Shown: positions 8,724 through 19,895, counted from the first letter of the stretch. The stretch is 64,000 bases of DNA from a bacterium (GCA_021785355.1 JAJYFR010000001.1:199096-263095), one strand, 5' to 3'. The notes: a model not told the origin generated them from the sequence alone. Translations and numbers: made by a program.

Positions 8724-9843
8724 TATTAAATTTTTCTATATTTAAAACTAAACCTATTGAGATAAGTAGTACAACAATAGAACTTCCTCCATAACTTATG
8801 AAAGGCAGAGGAACTCCTGTAAGAGGTATAATTCCGATATTTGCTGCAATATTTATAAAAGCTTGTATTCCTATCCAAGAAGCAATCCCAGATACTAATA
8901 ATTTTCCAAAGTAATCTTTTGAATTTATTGCGACTTTAAATATAAGGTAAACTAAATATATGTATAGGGATATTACTAACAATGCTCCAATAAGTCCTAT
9001 TTCTTCAGCAATTACAGCAAATATAGAATCTGTTATTGCGGTTGTTCCTACAAGGTATTGATTTTTTTGAATAGATTGAGTAAAACCTACTCCTAATAAA
9101 CCTCCTGACCCTATAGCTATTAGTATTTGATGTACTTGATATCCAGCTCCTTGTATATAATTTTGAGATTGGTTTGATCCTTTTAAGTAGGTTAATAATC
9201 TTTGTAATCTATATGGAGCTATTATAACCAATACTATTGATGATAGTCCAAATAATATTCCTGTCAAAGACAGATTCATCCAGATATATCCAAAATTATC
9301 AGATATTATAAAGATAAAAATAGATATTGTTGCAAGAATTATAGTTGTCCCCATATCTTTTCCTGCTATTATAAATAGACATGTTATTATAGTTACGATT
9401 AAGTAAGGTAATAATATTTTTTTGAAATTATCTGTAGCACTTTTTATTTCTCCTTTATATTTAGTATGAAGTTTCGTAAAAAGGGATGAAAGATATATTA
9501 TAAAAACTAATTTAGTTATCTCTGATGGTTGAAAACTTGTAAATCCTAGAATATTAAGCCATCGCTGAGAACCATTGATTTTTGCAGAAAATACAAAAAC
9601 TACTATGAGTGCAATCAAACATAATATCCAGAGGAGAAATGCAAATCTTTGAAATATTTTATAATTGGACCTATATGTAATATATGCCAATAGAGTTCCT
9701 AGAAGTACCCATATTGCCTGAAAAGTAATGTAGTGATATCTTTGGGCTATTAAACCCATCGATGCATCAAATACCATAATAAGCCCTAATAAACAAATTA
9801 TAGAAGTTGTTATTATAATTTTTTTTGATAGGGTTTCATCCAT
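8710..9843 (-). CDS. SEDS family peptidoglycan glycosyltransferase (FtsW/RodA)
   Basis: Ten-TM protein with SEDS motifs (…QPSEITKLVFIIYLSS…, …AEEIGLIGAL…, …GVPLPFISYGGSS…). Confidence 0.8.
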   Translation of the reverse strand: MDETLSKKIIITTSIICLLGLIMVFDASMGLIAQRYHYITFQAIWVLLGTLLAYITYRSNYKIFQRFAFLLWILCLIALIVVFVFSAKINGSQRWLNILGFTSFQPSEITKLVFIIYLSSLFTKLHTKYKGEIKSATDNFKKILLPYLIVTIITCLFIIAGKDMGTTIILATISIFIFIISDNFGYIWMNLSLTGILFGLSSIVLVIIAPYRLQRLLTYLKGSNQSQNYIQGAGYQVHQILIAIGSGGLLGVGFTQSIQKNQYLVGTTAITDSIFAVIAEEIGLIGALLVISLYIYLVYLIFKVAINSKDYFGKLLVSGIASWIGIQAFINIAANIGIIPLTGVPLPFISYGGSSIVVLLISIGLVLNIEKFNNEEN

Positions 9844-9884
9844 GTATTTAGTTTATACTAAAAATATATATAAATTAAGATATA

Positions 9885-11165
9885 TTATTGATGTTTCTGA
9901 CTTATATAAATATTTTGTATTATACCCAGTATAATAAATACTGTTAAAAGAGAACTTCCTCCATAACTTACTAGTGGTAAAGTGATTCCAGTTACAGGCA
10001 TAATACCCATATTCATTCCTATATTAATAAATAATTGTACTATTAATAATGTTAATCCTCCAACTATTATTAATATCCCAAATCTATTATTTGTATTTTT
10101 CATAATATCTAATATTCTTACTATAAAAGCAAAGTATATAGCAAAAAAGATTAAAGCTCCTATAAAACCAAATTCTTCAAAAAGTGTAGCAAATATAAAA
10201 TCAGTAGTATCTTCGGGTAAAAAATTTAATCTACTTTGAGTTCCTTGTGCATAACCTTTACCCCATAAGCCTCCTGATCCAATAGCAATTTTTGATTGTT
10301 CTGTCTGAAAATTAATAGAAGAATTTAGAGATGAAGATTTATTTAAAAAACCAATAAGTCTTTGTTGTTGGTAGTTTTTTAATAAATGATCCCATACTAT
10401 TAATTTAAATGAAAATCCAAATATTAAACCTACTAATAGGGTTATCAATATTAATGGTTTTAGTATTGTTTTCTTTGCATATCTATAAATAAGATATATT
10501 AACAATATAAGTATTAAAAAAATAGAAATATTTATTTGAAAAAAGATTAAATTAATATTTGAATTAAATATATTAATTCCCAAAAATGGAATAATTAAGA
10601 GTGTGGATAATATAAAAAGAGATATTATTAATATAAATTTTTTATGATCATAAAAAGATGCAAAAAGTATTGATAACCATATTATCATTATAATAATACT
10701 ATTACCTAATGCAGGCTGTTTATATATCAGATAAAATATCGGGAATACAATTACAAATCCTAAAAGTATTTTGTATAGTATATTTTGAGTTTTTCTAAAG
10801 ATTTCAAAGAAAGATGCAGATATAAGTATTACTACTATTTTAGCAAATTCAGCAGGTTGGATATCAAATTTACCTACAACAAACCATCTTCGTGTATTAT
10901 TGAGTCTTATATTTAATATAAATATAAGTGCTAATAAAGAGAAAATTAATATATATAGAATTATTTGAATTTTTTTATCCTTATATATTTTATAATTAAA
11001 TGTCATTATAAGGAAATAGGCTATTAAACTTACTATGAAAAAAATAATCTGTCTTTCTCCTTCTATTGATTGTCCAGTAGAATATATACTAAATATTCCA
11101 ATTATAGTAAGAGTGATAGCTAATATTGAAAGCGAATAATCTTGCTTAAGTATTCTTGATAACAT
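9885..11165 (-). CDS. SEDS family peptidoglycan glycosyltransferase (FtsW/RodA), second paralog
   Basis: …QPAEFAKIVVILISASFF…, …FEEFGFIGAL…, …GITLPLVSYGGSS… motifs. Confidence 0.8.
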   Translation of the reverse strand: MLSRILKQDYSLSILAITLTIIGIFSIYSTGQSIEGERQIIFFIVSLIAYFLIMTFNYKIYKDKKIQIILYILIFSLLALIFILNIRLNNTRRWFVVGKFDIQPAEFAKIVVILISASFFEIFRKTQNILYKILLGFVIVFPIFYLIYKQPALGNSIIIMIIWLSILFASFYDHKKFILIISLFILSTLLIIPFLGINIFNSNINLIFFQINISIFLILILLIYLIYRYAKKTILKPLILITLLVGLIFGFSFKLIVWDHLLKNYQQQRLIGFLNKSSSLNSSINFQTEQSKIAIGSGGLWGKGYAQGTQSRLNFLPEDTTDFIFATLFEEFGFIGALIFFAIYFAFIVRILDIMKNTNNRFGILIIVGGLTLLIVQLFINIGMNMGIMPVTGITLPLVSYGGSSLLTVFIILGIIQNIYISQKHQ

Positions 11166-14028
11166 TTATTTTTATATACAATTCTTTATCATTAACAATA
11201 AATTTATCCCCTACTTTTTCTTTTTTTATATTTATTTTATTAGCTTTTACAGATTTCATTATATTCTCATTCATCTTTTCTAGTAAGTCTTTAAGATCAT
11301 CATTTTCTGTATATACATCTATTGATATTAAATCATTAAGATTTAGATTTGAATTTTTTCTAATATTTTGAATGTTTCTTGAAATTTCTCTTATTTCACC
11401 TTCTTGTAATATTTCTTGGGTCATCTCTATATTTATACCAACTTCTCCTGATTTTGTTTTTTTATTAACAAAAGCACCATTTTTAATGGTTGTTATTTTT
11501 TTAGAATTCAATTCTTCTTTAATAAGATTGAGTATTTCTTTATTCTTTATATTTTTATAATTTACAAAAATTTCTAATACAGGTTGTTTTAATTTAATAG
11601 AATTCTCAATTCTAATATTTTGTAATTCAGATATAGCTTCTCTTGCATATTTCATTTCCTCTAATAATTCTTCATCTATTTTTTCATATTCTGGAAAATC
11701 CTCTAAATGAACACTCTTTTTATTGTCAGTAATATTAAGGTATATATGCTCAGATATGAAAGGAATAATAGGTGCACTAGTTTTTGCAAAAAGATTTAAT
11801 GTCTGAAATAGTGTGTTAAGGGCATCTTGATTTCCTTCTGTAAATCTTTGTCTAGAACTTCTTATATACCAATTAGATAAATCATCTATATATGGTTGTA
11901 TTAATAATGTAGCTTCCATTAAGTTATATTTATCCATATTCTCACTCATGTCTTTTATAAACTTATTAGTTCTACTTTTTATCCATAAATCTACTATATT
12001 TGTACTTTCATTGGTAAAAGAAGGTTTAAAATTATATGTATTTGCATATATAGTGAAATATTTTAATGTATTATATATAACTAAAAAATTATTTTTTATT
12101 ACATCTAAAACAGAAGAATCATTGAACATAATATCTTCTCCTTTTACTACTGGAGAGGATATTAAATAAAATTTTAATGCATCTGCTCCATATAGGTTTA
12201 CTAAATCTATTGGATCTGTAAAATTCTTTTTTGATTTGGATAATTTTTTCCCACTACTGTCTTGTATTAGTCCTGTTGTAATAACATTCATAAATGCAGG
12301 TTTATTCATTAAAGCAGTTGCAATAGTATGTAGTGAATAAAACCACCCTCTTGTTTGATCAATAGCTTCTGCTATGAAATTTGCAGGGAAATTATTTTCA
12401 AAATTATCTTTATTTTCAAAAGGATAATGTTTTTGAGCATAAGGCATAGATCCGGATTCAAACCAACAATCCAATACTTCAGAAATTCTCTTCATTTCTC
12501 CTTTATGACATTTATCACAATTAAATGTTAAATTATCTATAAAATGTCTATGAATATCTGTAATTTTTTTATTAGTTTTATCTTCTAATTCTTTTATAGA
12601 CCCTATTACTGTCTCGTTAGAACAATTATCACATTTCCAAACAGGAAGAGGTGTTCCCCAATATCTATTTCTTGATATTGACCAATCTGGAGCATGTTCT
12701 AATCCATGTTTAAAACGACCTTCTTTTATATGTTCAGGTTTCCAATTTATTTTTTCATTATTAAGTAATGTATTTTTTCTTATTTTTTCTACATCTAAAA
12801 ACCATGAATTCATAGAATAATTTAGAAGGGGTGTATCACATCTCCAACAATGAGGATATGAGTGTACTATTTTTATTTCTCTGAATAATATATTTTTTTC
12901 TTTTAGATATTCTATTATTTTTTCACCTAATGATCTTGCTTCTTCTCCTGCCCACTCCATAAGAGGGTATTCTCCAAATTGACCTTCTATATTTACATGA
13001 TTTATGTGAGGTGCATCTACTTTTTTACCTAACAACATATCTTCTTCACCAAAACCAGGTGCTATATGTACTATTCCTGTACCTTCATCTTCAGTTACAA
13101 ATTCTGCTTCTGTTATATACCAACCTTTTTTATCAGTATTTAATATGTTTTTAGAATCAAAGAATGGCTCATATTCTTTATTTATTAAATCTTTTAAATT
13201 AATTTTTTCTATTATTTCATATTCTTTATTTTCAAAAACATACTCTACTCTATTCTTAGCTAATATAAAATATTCTTTATTACTCAAAACTTTTACATAT
13301 TCAATATTTTTATTTATGGCAAGTAGAACATTTGCAGGAAGAGTCCAAGGAGTTGTTGTCCAAGATAACATATACACATTAGAATCTTTTAATTTGAATT
13401 TAACTATTACAGATTGATCTTCTAAATCTTTATACCCTAATTGTACTTCCATATTTGATAGAGGTGTTGCACATCGAGGACATATTTTTGTACTACGATA
13501 TCCTTCATATATCAAACCTTTATCATGAATATATTTAAATATGTACCATATACTTTCCATGTAATCTAAATCCATTGTTTTATAATCATTCTCCATATCT
13601 ACCCATCTACCTAATCTCTTTATGAATACATTCCACTCTTTTATATATTTTAAAACTATTATTCTGCAATCTTCGTTAAATTTGTCTATACCCAAAGTTT
13701 CTATATCTTTCCTATTTTTTATTCCTTTCATTTTTTCTAATTCATACTCTACAGGTAGTCCATGACAATCCCACCCGAATCTTCTCTCAACATAGAAACC
13801 TTTCATTGTATAATATCTTGGAAATACATCTTTTATAGCACTTTGAACTAAGTGTCCATAATGAGGTAGACCTGTTGCAAAAGGAGGTCCATCATAAAAT
13901 ATGAATTCTTTTTTATTCTTATTTTTATCTAAGGATTTTTCGAAAGTATTATCTTTATCCCAAAATTCTAATATACTTTCTTCTATTTTTGGAAAATCAG
14001 GTTTTTGTTCTAAATTAGGGAAATTCAT
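11146..14028 (-). CDS. ileS: isoleucine--tRNA ligase, type 2 (eukaryote/archaeal-like)
   Basis: HIGH-type motif PHYGHL near N-terminus, KLSKSK (KMSKS) motif, 960 aa; N-terminus FYDGPPFATGLPHYGH typical of type-2 IleRS. Confidence 0.95.
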   Translation of the reverse strand: MNFPNLEQKPDFPKIEESILEFWDKDNTFEKSLDKNKNKKEFIFYDGPPFATGLPHYGHLVQSAIKDVFPRYYTMKGFYVERRFGWDCHGLPVEYELEKMKGIKNRKDIETLGIDKFNEDCRIIVLKYIKEWNVFIKRLGRWVDMENDYKTMDLDYMESIWYIFKYIHDKGLIYEGYRSTKICPRCATPLSNMEVQLGYKDLEDQSVIVKFKLKDSNVYMLSWTTTPWTLPANVLLAINKNIEYVKVLSNKEYFILAKNRVEYVFENKEYEIIEKINLKDLINKEYEPFFDSKNILNTDKKGWYITEAEFVTEDEGTGIVHIAPGFGEEDMLLGKKVDAPHINHVNIEGQFGEYPLMEWAGEEARSLGEKIIEYLKEKNILFREIKIVHSYPHCWRCDTPLLNYSMNSWFLDVEKIRKNTLLNNEKINWKPEHIKEGRFKHGLEHAPDWSISRNRYWGTPLPVWKCDNCSNETVIGSIKELEDKTNKKITDIHRHFIDNLTFNCDKCHKGEMKRISEVLDCWFESGSMPYAQKHYPFENKDNFENNFPANFIAEAIDQTRGWFYSLHTIATALMNKPAFMNVITTGLIQDSSGKKLSKSKKNFTDPIDLVNLYGADALKFYLISSPVVKGEDIMFNDSSVLDVIKNNFLVIYNTLKYFTIYANTYNFKPSFTNESTNIVDLWIKSRTNKFIKDMSENMDKYNLMEATLLIQPYIDDLSNWYIRSSRQRFTEGNQDALNTLFQTLNLFAKTSAPIIPFISEHIYLNITDNKKSVHLEDFPEYEKIDEELLEEMKYAREAISELQNIRIENSIKLKQPVLEIFVNYKNIKNKEILNLIKEELNSKKITTIKNGAFVNKKTKSGEVGINIEMTQEILQEGEIREISRNIQNIRKNSNLNLNDLISIDVYTENDDLKDLLEKMNENIMKSVKANKINIKKEKVGDKFIVNDKELYIKINVIKNT

Positions 14029-14069
14029 AATATATGATATTTTATATCATACAGACATATTTTTCAAAT

Positions 14070-14450
14070 TTATTTTATTGAGTTTACTTTTTTTTGTATT
14101 CTTTTTTGTATATTATCGATTTTTCTGTTTGTATCTCTTACGACATTACGAGTTTTTTTAAGTGCGTCTTTTTTTATTTCATCAGTTTTCTTCTCTACTT
14201 CTGAATTTATTTTATTTAAATTATTCTTAGTTTCTCTTATCAATTTATCTTTATCAAAATTTTCAATAAGAAAGGATACATCATCTATTGCATTATATGT
14301 TGTATCTAAAACTGTATTTTTTCCTTCTTCATATTTTTCAACTAAGTTATCTCTATTCTCTTTTTTAGAAAGATATGAAGAAACTAATCCTACAGTTGCA
14401 CCTGCTAGAAATGTTAAAATTATATGTCTTGATTTATTTTTACTTCCCAT
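14070..14450 (-). CDS. YtxH-like/DUF948-like small membrane-anchored coiled-coil protein
   Basis: N-terminal TM (ILTFLAGATVGLVSSYL) followed by charged coiled-coil; heads the ileS operon. Confidence 0.35.
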   Translation of the reverse strand: MGSKNKSRHIILTFLAGATVGLVSSYLSKKENRDNLVEKYEEGKNTVLDTTYNAIDDVSFLIENFDKDKLIRETKNNLNKINSEVEKKTDEIKKDALKKTRNVVRDTNRKIDNIQKRIQKKVNSIK

Positions 14451-14644
14451 TATTTGAAAAATTGTACTAATTTTTTTAACACTTTTAAATAAGTAGAATC
14501 TACACTATCAGTTAAAGATCTTATACTTTTTATTATTCTTGAAGTATTTCTTATAGCAAACATAATTTGAAGTATCATTATTGTTGATACTATCAAAAAT
14601 ATTATTGCTATTAAAATTAATAAATCTATTATTATCTTATACAT
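14450..14644 (-). CDS. small single-TM membrane protein
   Basis: 64 aa, one hydrophobic helix; start overlaps next gene stop (ATGA-type coupling). Confidence 0.3.
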   Translation of the reverse strand: MYKIIIDLLILIAIIFLIVSTIMILQIMFAIRNTSRIIKSIRSLTDSVDSTYLKVLKKLVQFFK

Positions 14645-14788
14645 AAATATATCTTATAATATTTCTTAATTATACTACTATTGGGGCATAAATACAATTA
14701 ATTAGCGGGTGTTTACATTAAGGATTGAATTATATATCTAAGACTCATATTTGAAAATCTATATTTTAGATGGTAGACTATTTATCAT

Positions 14789-15862
14789 ATGAAATTTTTA
14801 ATTTTTGCAGGTGGAAATGGTACTAGACTTTGGCCTTTAAGTAGGAAGAGTTACCCTAAACAATTTCAAGATTTTTTTTCTAATAAATCTTTATTTCAGA
14901 TGACAATAGATCGTCTTTTAAAAAAGTTTGATATTGATGATTTATTTATTGTTACCCCTAAAGAATATATTAAGATAATAAAGAGACAATGTCCTCAAAT
15001 AAAAGATGAAAATATTTTAATAGAAACAGAAACTAGAGATACTTTAGCTTGTGTTGGGTTTGCTTCATTTATTCTAAATGATAAATTTAAGGATGAAGAA
15101 ATAGCTATTCTTTGGTCAGATCATATCATAAAATATGAAAAAACCTTTTTAGAAGCATTTTTATTGGCATCTGAATATTCAAGAGAAAATAATAAAATAG
15201 TTCAAATTGATGTTAATCCTACTGAGGCAAATGTAAATTTAGGATATGTTAAGATTGGAAATCTTATATTAAATACAAAAGGATTTAATATATATGAATT
15301 TCAAAAACATATAGAAAAACCAGATTATAAAAATGCAAAAATGTTTATAGAAAGTTTTGAATATTTATGGCATACAGGTTATTCTGTTTTTCCTCCAGGT
15401 AAATTAGTAGAACTTTATAAGAAGTATTCTCCTAATACTTCTAAAATTTTAGAAAAGATAGTTTTATTATATAAGGAAGGTAAAGATTTTTCTGATTTAT
15501 ATAGAAAAATAAATAAAACATCAATTGATTATGAGATTTTAGAAAAATTAAATCCTTCTGAAATAGTAGTTATTCCTGCTGATTTAGGTTGGAGTGATGT
15601 TGGAAATTGGTCTTCTTTAAAAGAAGTTTTAGAAAATGAATATAAAGAAAATATATCGAATACTGATAGTATTTTTATGGATACTTCAAATTCTTTAATA
15701 TTCTCTCAAAATAAGAAAAAAATTATTTGTACACTGGGTTTATCTGATATAGTTATAATAGATACGGAAGATGCACTATTAGTATGTTCTCTATCAGAGT
15801 CTCACAAAGTCAAAAATATTATAGAGGAGATAAAAAAAGAAAAAAGAGACGATCTTCTTTAA
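14789..15862 (+). CDS. mannose-1-phosphate guanylyltransferase (GDP-mannose pyrophosphorylase) family
   Basis: N-terminal FAGGNGTRLWPLSRKSYPKQF signature of ManC/CpsB nucleotidyltransferases. Confidence 0.75.
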   Translation: MKFLIFAGGNGTRLWPLSRKSYPKQFQDFFSNKSLFQMTIDRLLKKFDIDDLFIVTPKEYIKIIKRQCPQIKDENILIETETRDTLACVGFASFILNDKFKDEEIAILWSDHIIKYEKTFLEAFLLASEYSRENNKIVQIDVNPTEANVNLGYVKIGNLILNTKGFNIYEFQKHIEKPDYKNAKMFIESFEYLWHTGYSVFPPGKLVELYKKYSPNTSKILEKIVLLYKEGKDFSDLYRKINKTSIDYEILEKLNPSEIVVIPADLGWSDVGNWSSLKEVLENEYKENISNTDSIFMDTSNSLIFSQNKKKIICTLGLSDIVIIDTEDALLVCSLSESHKVKNIIEEIKKEKRDDLL

Positions 15863-17325
15863 GATTTTTTAGTAGTTGGTATATATTGTAAATTTTTCCC
15901 AAAAAGAAGTCTTGTTTGAGCATCTATAGCCGGTATAGCTGCAAAAAGTATACTTACAACAGGGTATGTTATCCAAGATAAATATGAAAATGCTTGTTTT
16001 AAAGGAGATTTATGACTTCTCTCTGGTGCTAGTTTAGATTCAAAGAAAAGTATTATTATTATTAATACAGTTGTTACTGTAAGAATTCTACTTATTATTG
16101 TTGGTATTGTATATGATAGGGTTGTTTTTTGATAATGAGAATTCAGTTCTGGAATTAAATCTCCAAATGTTATTATTATTGGAGCTATTGCTCTTTCAAA
16201 AGAGTTCCTTATTTGTTGAAAAAGTAGATTAAATTTTTTGAATTTTGATAATTTTTTATTAACCAATACATTAGGAATACTAAAAGACATTTCACTCGCA
16301 CCCCATGCCCAACGTCTTAATTGTTTATATTGTTCTTTTAAACTTTTCCAATATGTATCTGCAAGTACTGCATCTCCATAAACAGGTATAAATAAAGGAA
16401 CGACTTTAGTCTCGTCTCCAAATTCTAAATTTGCTTTCCAGAATAATCTTTCATCTTCAGGTATTATATCTGGATCCCAAAATCCAGCTTGTTTTAAGGA
16501 TTTTAGATTAATTGCATAACAAGAAAAATTCATTAATCTTTCTGTTTTAAAAGTTAAAGCCATTTGCCATTGAGCAGAAAAAGTTGCTATTATTCTAGAG
16601 ACAATAGATACTTTCCATATATTATTATAAAAGATTGGAATTGGTTGATATATAGCTTTATCTTTTTCATCTTCTGTTAAATATCTATATGTTAGGTAGG
16701 CAAAATAATTATAATCATGTCTATAATCAGCGTCACTACTTGTGAGTATAACTTTTCGTGTATCTATTTTCTCTTCTTTTAATAATTTATATATATATCT
16801 TGCAGCATAATTTTCATTAGATGCTTTTCCTGGGATTTCTCCTTTTACAAGTTTATGTTCTGTAATTATAAATTTACCAAATGAATCTTTGTATTTTTCT
16901 TTAAATAATTGTCCTATCTTTGCACCTTCTGGAAATTTCTTTTCTGTAGCAAATAATATTATTTTCCTTTCCTTAGGATATTTTATTTTTAAAGCTGCTT
17001 CTATTGTAGGGGTTAGAATATCTATACTTTCATTTGCTACAGGAATAAGTAATATTTGATAATAGTCTTTCCATATACCTTTAAATTCTTCTTCTAGTTT
17101 ATTTTCCCAATTAGTTTTTTTTACTACAGTTATTTTATTATTTGCTCTAAATACTGAAAATATAATATTAATTGCTTCATATACAAAATAAAGAATATAG
17201 AATATTACTAGATATACAACGATTATAGGTTGTGTAAAAGATAATATGAATAGAAGAATTATTCCTCCCCATAGTAAAAGACCTGGGATCATGTTGATCA
17301 ATCTTTTTTGTATATTATTTTTCAT
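15859..17325 (-). CDS. membrane glycosyltransferase family 2 (processive, cellulose/chitin synthase-like)
   Basis: N- and C-terminal TM segments, DAD (DxD) motif, QLRRWAWG (QxxRW) motif. Confidence 0.7.
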   Translation of the reverse strand: MKNNIQKRLINMIPGLLLWGGIILLFILSFTQPIIVVYLVIFYILYFVYEAINIIFSVFRANNKITVVKKTNWENKLEEEFKGIWKDYYQILLIPVANESIDILTPTIEAALKIKYPKERKIILFATEKKFPEGAKIGQLFKEKYKDSFGKFIITEHKLVKGEIPGKASNENYAARYIYKLLKEEKIDTRKVILTSSDADYRHDYNYFAYLTYRYLTEDEKDKAIYQPIPIFYNNIWKVSIVSRIIATFSAQWQMALTFKTERLMNFSCYAINLKSLKQAGFWDPDIIPEDERLFWKANLEFGDETKVVPLFIPVYGDAVLADTYWKSLKEQYKQLRRWAWGASEMSFSIPNVLVNKKLSKFKKFNLLFQQIRNSFERAIAPIIITFGDLIPELNSHYQKTTLSYTIPTIISRILTVTTVLIIIILFFESKLAPERSHKSPLKQAFSYLSWITYPVVSILFAAIPAIDAQTRLLFGKNLQYIPTTKKS

Positions 17326-17396
17326 TTTTGAGAAATATATTGATAAGAGGAATTATATCATTTTGTAATGTATTATACTATGATACAATCTTTATT

Positions 17397-19895
17397 ATGC
17401 AAGATACACCAGCAATGTCTCAATATAGAAAATTGAAATCTGAAAATCCAGATGTAATTTTATTATATAGAATGGGAGATTTCTATGAGACTTTTGATGA
17501 AGATGCAAAGACTATATCGAGAGTATTAAATATTACGCTTACCAGTAGAGATAAGACTTCAAGAAAAACTCCTATGGCAGGGTTTCCTTATCATGCTCTT
17601 GAAAATTATTTATCAAAATTAATAGAGAATGATTTCAAAGTTGCAATATGTGAGCAGTTAGAGGACCCAAAAACTGTAAAAGGTGTTGTAAAAAGAGGTA
17701 TTATTAAAATTGTTACTCCTGGAACTTATATTTCAGATTCTTCTTCTGTATCTAAAGAAAACAATTTTATTGTTGCAATAAAAAACTTGCCAAATAATCA
17801 GTACTGTTTATCTTTCATAGATTTTTCTACTGGAGATTTTTATATAACAGGGATACTTTCTTATGATTCATTAGTATCATTTCTATATAATATTAATCCT
17901 AGTGAAATAATAATCCCAGAAGATTTTGAGCTAAACTTTAAAAAAGATTTTGTATTGAGCATATCTACTTCATTTAATCGTAAATATGCCATAAATTATG
18001 TAGATGAAATAGATGAAAATGATATTTCACTAGAACCTGCAGGGGCGATAATAGATTATTTAAAGAAAACTCAGTTATCAGAAATAAACCATATAAAAAA
18101 GATAAAGAGGTTTGATATAAAAGAATATATGGTATTAGATGAAAATACCCTCAGAAGTTTAGAAATATTTGGTACTATAAATAATTCTTCTTATAAGGGT
18201 TCTCTACTCTCTGTAATTGATTTTACAAAAACATCAATGGGAGGACGTAAATTAAGATTTTTTATTTCTCACCCTTTATTAAATGAGAGTATTATTAATA
18301 AGAGGCTGGATGCAGTATCCGAGTTACAAAAGAGTAATATTAAAGATATATCAATATTATTAGAAAGTATCTATGATATTGAAAGAATATGCGCAAGAAT
18401 AGGAACTATATCTATCAATCCTAGGGATCTTATAGCTTTAAAAATTTCTTTAGAAAAAGTATTTCAATTAAATGAGTATCTTAAGATTTTTAAATCCGAT
18501 TTGTTAAAAGAAATATATTTAAATATATTTAATTTAGAAAAACTAAGAGAGTTATATGACATTATTGATATTAATATAGAAGATGATCCCCCATTGTTAC
18601 TAAAAGATGGAGGTTTTATTAAAAAAGGTATAAATGAAGAATTAGATAAATTAAAAAGAATATCTAAAGAAGGAAAAGATTGGATATTAAATTTTCAAGG
18701 AAAGGAGCAAAAAAGATTAGGTATTTCTTCTTTGAAAGTTCATTATAATAAAGTTTTTGGGTATTATATAGAAATATCAAATTCTAATAAAGATAAGGTT
18801 CCTCAGGATTATATTCGTAAACAAACATTAGCAAATGCAGAAAGGTATATATCTTCTGAACTCAAGGAATATGAAGATTTAATAATAAATTCTCAGACAA
18901 GAAGTATCATTTTAGAAAATCAAATATTTTCAGAAATTAGAGAAAATATTAAAAATTATATTACATATATACAAATTTTATCTGAAAATATAGCATATTT
19001 TGATGTCTTATTATCTTTTGCAGAATCTAGTATTAATTTGGGTTTATCTAGGCCTGATATTTCTGAGAATGATTTTGATATATCAATTAAAGATGCAAGA
19101 CATCTAGTAATAGAGAGTGTTATAAGACCTCAAGTATATATACCTAATGATATAGAACTTACAAAAGAAAAGTATATTATGGTTATTTCAGGACCAAACA
19201 TGTCTGGTAAGAGTAGTATTTTAAGACAAACAGCACTAATTATTATTCTTGCACAAATAGGTTCTTTTGTTCCAGCTAAGGAAGCTCATATATCTATAGT
19301 GGATAGAGTTTTTACAAGAGTTGGTGCTTCAGATAATCTTTCTTTGGGTGAGAGTACATTTATGGTTGAGATGAAAGAGGTTTCAAATATACTTAATAAT
19401 GCTACTAAAAGAAGTTTTATAATTTTAGATGAAGTTGGAAGAGGAACATCTACTTTTGATGGAGTATCTATAGCTTGGGCTATAATAGAATATATACATA
19501 ATGATATAAAAGCTAAGACTATGATAGCTACACATTATAATGAGTTAATAGTTTTAGAAGATATTCTTTCTGGTGTATTTAATGTAAGTGTTATGGTTAA
19601 AGAGAATAATAGAGATATAATATTTTTAAGAAAATTACAAATTGGAGGTACAGATAAAAGTTATGGAATTCATGTTGCTAAATTAGCAGATTTACCTGAA
19701 TCTACAATAAAAAGAGCTTATGAGGTATTAGAAGATTTTGAATTAGGAAAAAATAAGACTGTTGTTATTCAACAAGATTTATTTGAAAAAGAAGAAAATA
19801 CTCTAGCAGAAGATTTAAAAAATATAGATATTGACAATATAACAGCTATTGAAGCATTTAAGATATTAATGGATCTAAAAGAAAAATATGATTAA
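17397..19895 (+). CDS. mutS: DNA mismatch repair protein MutS (start at ATG 17397; ORF extends to 17328)
   Basis: MQDTPAMSQY…GDFYE N-terminus, Walker A GPNMSGKSS, 855-aa frame; upstream ATG would leave only 2 bp to the divergent gene. Confidence 0.95.
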   Translation: MQDTPAMSQYRKLKSENPDVILLYRMGDFYETFDEDAKTISRVLNITLTSRDKTSRKTPMAGFPYHALENYLSKLIENDFKVAICEQLEDPKTVKGVVKRGIIKIVTPGTYISDSSSVSKENNFIVAIKNLPNNQYCLSFIDFSTGDFYITGILSYDSLVSFLYNINPSEIIIPEDFELNFKKDFVLSISTSFNRKYAINYVDEIDENDISLEPAGAIIDYLKKTQLSEINHIKKIKRFDIKEYMVLDENTLRSLEIFGTINNSSYKGSLLSVIDFTKTSMGGRKLRFFISHPLLNESIINKRLDAVSELQKSNIKDISILLESIYDIERICARIGTISINPRDLIALKISLEKVFQLNEYLKIFKSDLLKEIYLNIFNLEKLRELYDIIDINIEDDPPLLLKDGGFIKKGINEELDKLKRISKEGKDWILNFQGKEQKRLGISSLKVHYNKVFGYYIEISNSNKDKVPQDYIRKQTLANAERYISSELKEYEDLIINSQTRSIILENQIFSEIRENIKNYITYIQILSENIAYFDVLLSFAESSINLGLSRPDISENDFDISIKDARHLVIESVIRPQVYIPNDIELTKEKYIMVISGPNMSGKSSILRQTALIIILAQIGSFVPAKEAHISIVDRVFTRVGASDNLSLGESTFMVEMKEVSNILNNATKRSFIILDEVGRGTSTFDGVSIAWAIIEYIHNDIKAKTMIATHYNELIVLEDILSGVFNVSVMVKENNRDIIFLRKLQIGGTDKSYGIHVAKLADLPESTIKRAYEVLEDFELGKNKTVVIQQDLFEKEENTLAEDLKNIDIDNITAIEAFKILMDLKEKYD

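Noticed and set aside
9982-13417. Several 60-90 aa ORFs antisense to the SEDS genes and ileS (9982-10239, 11156-11560, 11948-12169, 13145-13417)
   Set aside because: Embedded in well-supported long genes on the opposite strand; AT-rich genomes yield many such stop-free antisense frames.
17328-17396. Upstream ATG start for mutS given by the ORF track
   Set aside because: It would put the start 2 bp from the divergent GT2 gene start; the internal ATG at 17397 matches the conserved MutS N-terminus and leaves ~70 bp for divergent promoters.
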